A stretch of 12,956 bases of DNA from Octopus sinensis. Taxonomy: Eukaryota. The position numbers and the translations under genes are program-made. Position 1 is the stretch's first letter. Each line of letters opens with the position of its first letter. The stretch spans positions 1 through 12,956 of the forward strand of contig NW_021826516.1 of assembly GCF_006345805.1 (NCBI RefSeq), in the 5' to 3' direction. Shown here in pieces: positions 9,952 through 12,956 of the stretch. Below the pieces are notes generated by a model. It was given only the letters and a program-made list of their open reading frames with translations, was not told the DNA's origin and did not search any database.

Positions 9952-9986
9952 GTTTCCGACGAAGAGCTCCGCTCGAAACGCTAAAC
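9952..9986 (+). ncRNA. Degenerate minimal type I hammerhead motif (Penelope-like-element type)
   Basis: GUUU CCGACGA A GAGC-UCC-GCUC GAA ACGC U AAAC: helix I (4 bp) and helix II (4 bp) are perfect; U4->C and U16.1->C substitutions affect the core. Confidence 0.6.
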
Positions 9987-10076
9987 CCTCCTTCTTTCCT
10001 GAGCGTCCAATAATACTATATTGTTCCACGTCCTCGCGTTGTTGTGTTTTTTTTGTGCTTTCATGTTTGGATTAAC

Positions 10077-10096
10077 TATATATATATATATATATG

Positions 10097-10186
<90 letters not shown>

Positions 10187-10213
10187 TCCTTTACTCTTTT
10201 ACTTGTTTCAGGC

Positions 10214-10305
<92 letters not shown>
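10077..10305. repeat. (TA)n microsatellite interrupted by a SINE-tail remnant (10186-10214, - strand)
   Basis: CTTTACTCTTTTACTTGTTTCAG matches the tail at 1085-1105. Confidence 0.9.
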
Positions 10306-10308
<3 letters not shown>

Positions 10309-10520
10309 AAAAAATGAAGTTCGAAAATGCTGCTGTATTATACAATTTTTAATTTTATATATACATTATAACATGTTCAGTTCCTGAAATGAACTTATCA
10401 AAAAAAGTATATATAAAAAAAGACAGCTCATGCCGTCAAACACAAGAAATTCATTTATAATACACAACGGAGTCAGACATCTTAGAGTTCATGTATAGTT
10501 GATATATAGTTCATGTATAG

Positions 10521-10718
10521 TTGATATATAGTTTGAAGTATATGTTCAAAGTGTTCGATGCAGTGGCCCACGGTGGCGATACGTATTCAATACAAAAAAC
10601 AGATCAAAGTGGTGGAAAGCGGTCAATACAGAAGATTGATGTTTCCGAAAGAGCGAGGAATTCATTTTTACCGACTATAATAACTCATTATAATTTAATT
10701 ATCCATAATCTGATATAA
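10521..10718 (+). mobile_element. Possible collapsed CR1/L2/Jockey-type LINE ORF2 remnant
   Basis: ORF contains FKVFDAVAH (compare RT 'DFSKAFDxVxH') and RNSFLPTIITHYN (compare C-terminal 'R.NSFFPR.I..WN'); most of the intervening RT would be deleted. Confidence 0.35.
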
Positions 10719-10759
10719 TAACAATATTTCGGAATACAAAAATTCCTTCTTCAGATATC
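10712..10759 (-). ncRNA. Type I hammerhead ribozyme with intact catalytic core
   Basis: GAUAU CUGAAGA A GGAAU-UUUUGU-AUUCC GAA AUA-UUGU-UAU U/AUAUC: helix I 5 bp, helix II 5 bp, helix III 3 bp, AUU triplet, extra A after A9. Confidence 0.7.
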
Positions 10760-10826
10760 GCTAGGAATTGATCGAGTCACTGCTATAATCGGTTTTCCAT
10801 TGGTTACTGAAAATATTTTTTTTCAG

Positions 10827-10909
10827 AAGTGTCTCTGCAGTGGTCTCATGAAGCTCCTTCAGGAATTCCTCATGAGAAGTGCATAAGGGCGGCCATGTCT
10901 CAAGCTCGT
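10827..10909 (+). CDS. Probable internal coding exon of an unidentified gene, (E)VSLQWSHEAPSGIPHEKCIRAAMSQAR
   Basis: ttttttttcag| acceptor, CGT|gtatgt donor, 83 nt, phase 1 to phase 0, open frame, GC content higher than flanks. Protein not recognised. Confidence 0.55.
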
Positions 10910-10919
10910 GTATGTTATG

Positions 10920-11092
10920 GTTTGTGTTTGTCTCCCATCACCGCTTGACCACTAGTGTTGATTTGTCGGTTTGTTTATGTCCCAGTAACCTAGTGGTTCG
11001 GCAAAACTGACAGAATAAGTACCAGTCTAAAAAACAACAACATAAATAAATGAATATTAAGGTCAATTCTTTCTACTAAAACCTTTCAAGGT
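10920..11092 (+). mobile_element. Diverged 3' half of the CORE-like SINE
   Basis: TTTATGTCCCAGTAACCTAGTGGTTCGGCAAAACTGACAGAATAAGTACCAG matches the reverse complement of about 1175-1235. Confidence 0.7.
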
Positions 11093-11686
11093 ACCAGTTG
11101 GAGAAAACGGACAGAGCGTCGAACAAAATGCCCAATCGTCGTCGGTCCGTCTCTATCCTTGCGGCGTTCTTATTTCACGAAGGTCAACTTTCATTCTTTG
11201 ACGATCGATAAATAAAGTATCCGGTCAAGAGCCCAGGGTAGAGGATTATCGGAATTATTAGGGTGTCGGAAGAGATCCCTGCCTTATGATATCTCTTCCG
11301 GTCACACAAAATCTCAGTTGAGATCGACCTCCTATCTTTGACTTCCTCTTGAAGCATAGTTGGCCGAAACCCCTTAATAAGAAGACACAGCTAGGCTCGT
11401 ATATCTCACGGAGTAGGCCCTTTATTAGAGCAACATCTTGGTGGCATCAACATCAAGAAAACGAAATAAAAATAATAATAATAATAACGCAGGCGGTTCC
11501 CGCAGTGAAGCGAGATGAACGTTATGACAGCTATTGCATGTCATCTAAGATGGCTGACTTGTATTAGTTTTGACATTAATTAAACTCAGTCTGATCTCGA
11601 GGCTAAGCGGATGAGTTAAGAAGCCGAAGATGTGAGGCGAAATATTCAAGATTTCGGATGGACAGTGACACACACACATCTGAGCT

Positions 11687-11690
<4 letters not shown>

Positions 11691-11739
<49 letters not shown>

Positions 11740-11814
11740 GGGAGAGAGAGAGAGAGAGTGAGAGAGAGAGAGAGAAATAGAAAAGAAACATCTTGCGAAA
11801 ATCAAACTAATACT

Positions 11815-11845
<31 letters not shown>

Positions 11846-11880
11846 GTAGTAGTAGTAGTAGTAGTAATAATAATAATGAT
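11691..11880. repeat. (GA)n and (AAT)n/(AGT)n microsatellites
   Basis: (GA)n 11691-11775; (AAT)/(AGT) 11812-11880. Confidence 0.9.
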
Positions 11881-12018
11881 TGAGTTGATATCAACCGCCT
11901 ACGTTCTCAGGAAGTTTGTATCCGTCTAATATATACAGGCCTTAAGTCTCTGGTTGTGACCCCGGCCAGAAGATGAAATAATATGGAAATCAATCGGAAA
12001 ATAATAATAATAATAATG

Positions 12019-12095
<77 letters not shown>
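11881..12095 (+). mobile_element. 5'-truncated R4/Dong-clade LINE 3' end with (AAT)n tail
   Basis: 11894-11929 encodes TAYVLRKFVSV* (compare the R4/Dong C-terminal 'GTAxILRxxL'), followed by an about 70-nt 3' UTR and (AAT)n at 12001-12095; (AAT)n also lies upstream. Confidence 0.55.
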
Positions 12096-12096
<1 letters not shown>

Positions 12097-12568
12097 TTTT
12101 GGTATAAAAGATGGGCTACAGCAAATATTCTGCTCAATACCACAGATTTGCTTGTCAGTTGTTTGACCTTAACCTGTTGAGCATGTCCCTTAGTGGCTGA
12201 CGATATGTGCATCTCTGATCACGAGCAGAAGTAGTGGGGGAGCATCATAGCCATGTGTTGAGAGGGATTCTTTGGGGTTTGAATAGTTCACCTCTGGAAA
12301 CATGGGTGGTTCTTTCAACATCTTTAAACAACCCTTATTCAGGACCGTTGAGCGGGATGGGCTACTCAACCTGAAGAAAATTCTAACTGGGTCCCACCTG
12401 CAAGGTCATGTGCTGTTTATCTTGATATGAGATCACCATGTCGCGCACATATGGTTGTGATGCATGTGCCTGGTGTACCTTTATCAGACGGGTAGTCATG
12501 ATGGGTATATTGGGCTTCGTATATTTTACCCCGGTGTCACTTTGATGGCATTAACTGCTCTCTCACTC

Positions 12569-12640
<72 letters not shown>

Positions 12641-12660
12641 TATAATAATAATAGTTATAA
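12096..12660 (+). mobile_element. Interspersed repeat (probable non-autonomous retroposon) ending in an (AAT)n tail
   Basis: About 470 nt of complex non-coding sequence bounded by (AAT)n tracts; I recall it as a common octopus repeat; family not identified. Confidence 0.5.
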
Positions 12661-12661
12661 T

Positions 12662-12845
12662 CGTTTCTAATTTTTGGCACAATTCAGTAATTATGGGGGA
12701 ACAGAGGGTGGGCGGGTGGGGGTGCTAGCCTATTACGTCGCCCCCCCCCGCCCCAGTGTTCGATCCGGTACTTATCTCATTGATCGCGAAATGATGGACG
12801 AAAGGTAAAATCGACCTCTGCGGAATTTGAACTCGCAACGTAGTA
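12662..12845 (-). mobile_element. Truncated tRNA-derived SINE of a third family
   Basis: Minus strand B-box-like GAGTTCAAATTCC (12822-12834) followed by GAGGTCGATTTTACCTTTCGTCC...ATAAGTACCGG. Confidence 0.65.
12706..12722 (+). other. Canonical G-quadruplex-forming motif
   Basis: GGG T GGG C GGG T GGGGG: four G-runs with 1-nt loops. Confidence 0.75.
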
Positions 12846-12853
12846 ATGAAAAG

Positions 12854-12857
<4 letters not shown>

Positions 12858-12902
<45 letters not shown>

Positions 12903-12956
12903 TACTACTATACTACTGATGCTGCTGCTACTACTGTTAATAATAATAAATAATAA
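12858..12956. repeat. (CTA)n / (AAT)n microsatellite
   Basis: Directly visible. Confidence 0.9.

Noticed and set aside
10486-10533. 22-bp tandem duplication AGTTCATGTATAGTTGATATAT x2
   Set aside because: Real, but an ordinary local slippage event.
12197-12377. CUGACGA (12197-12203) and CUGAAGA (12371-12377) as hammerhead cores
   Set aside because: Neither is followed by helix II and GAAA.

Overview
Eukaryotic, AT-rich, microsatellite-saturated non-coding DNA, probably intronic or intergenic. The SINE families and simple-repeat load match my recollection of octopus (coleoid cephalopod) genomes; this is an inference, not a database result. Most ORFs in the supplied track are translations of (TA)n/(CA)n/(GA)n/(AAT)n repeats. 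Supported content: several tRNA-derived SINEs with swapped head/tail modules, a decayed mariner 3' end, a Tigger/pogo-like DNA transposon with nested SINEs, a Dong/R4-like LINE 3' end inside an (AAT)n tract, two long inverted repeats, one plausible 83-nt + strand coding exon (10827-10909) and a possible 6-nt microexon (4321-4326). The most interesting signal is a cluster of minimal type I hammerhead-ribozyme motifs of the Penelope-like-element kind: one intact core at 10712-10759 (-) and degenerate copies at 9952-9986 (+), 9107-9139 (-) and perhaps 11615-11650 (+).
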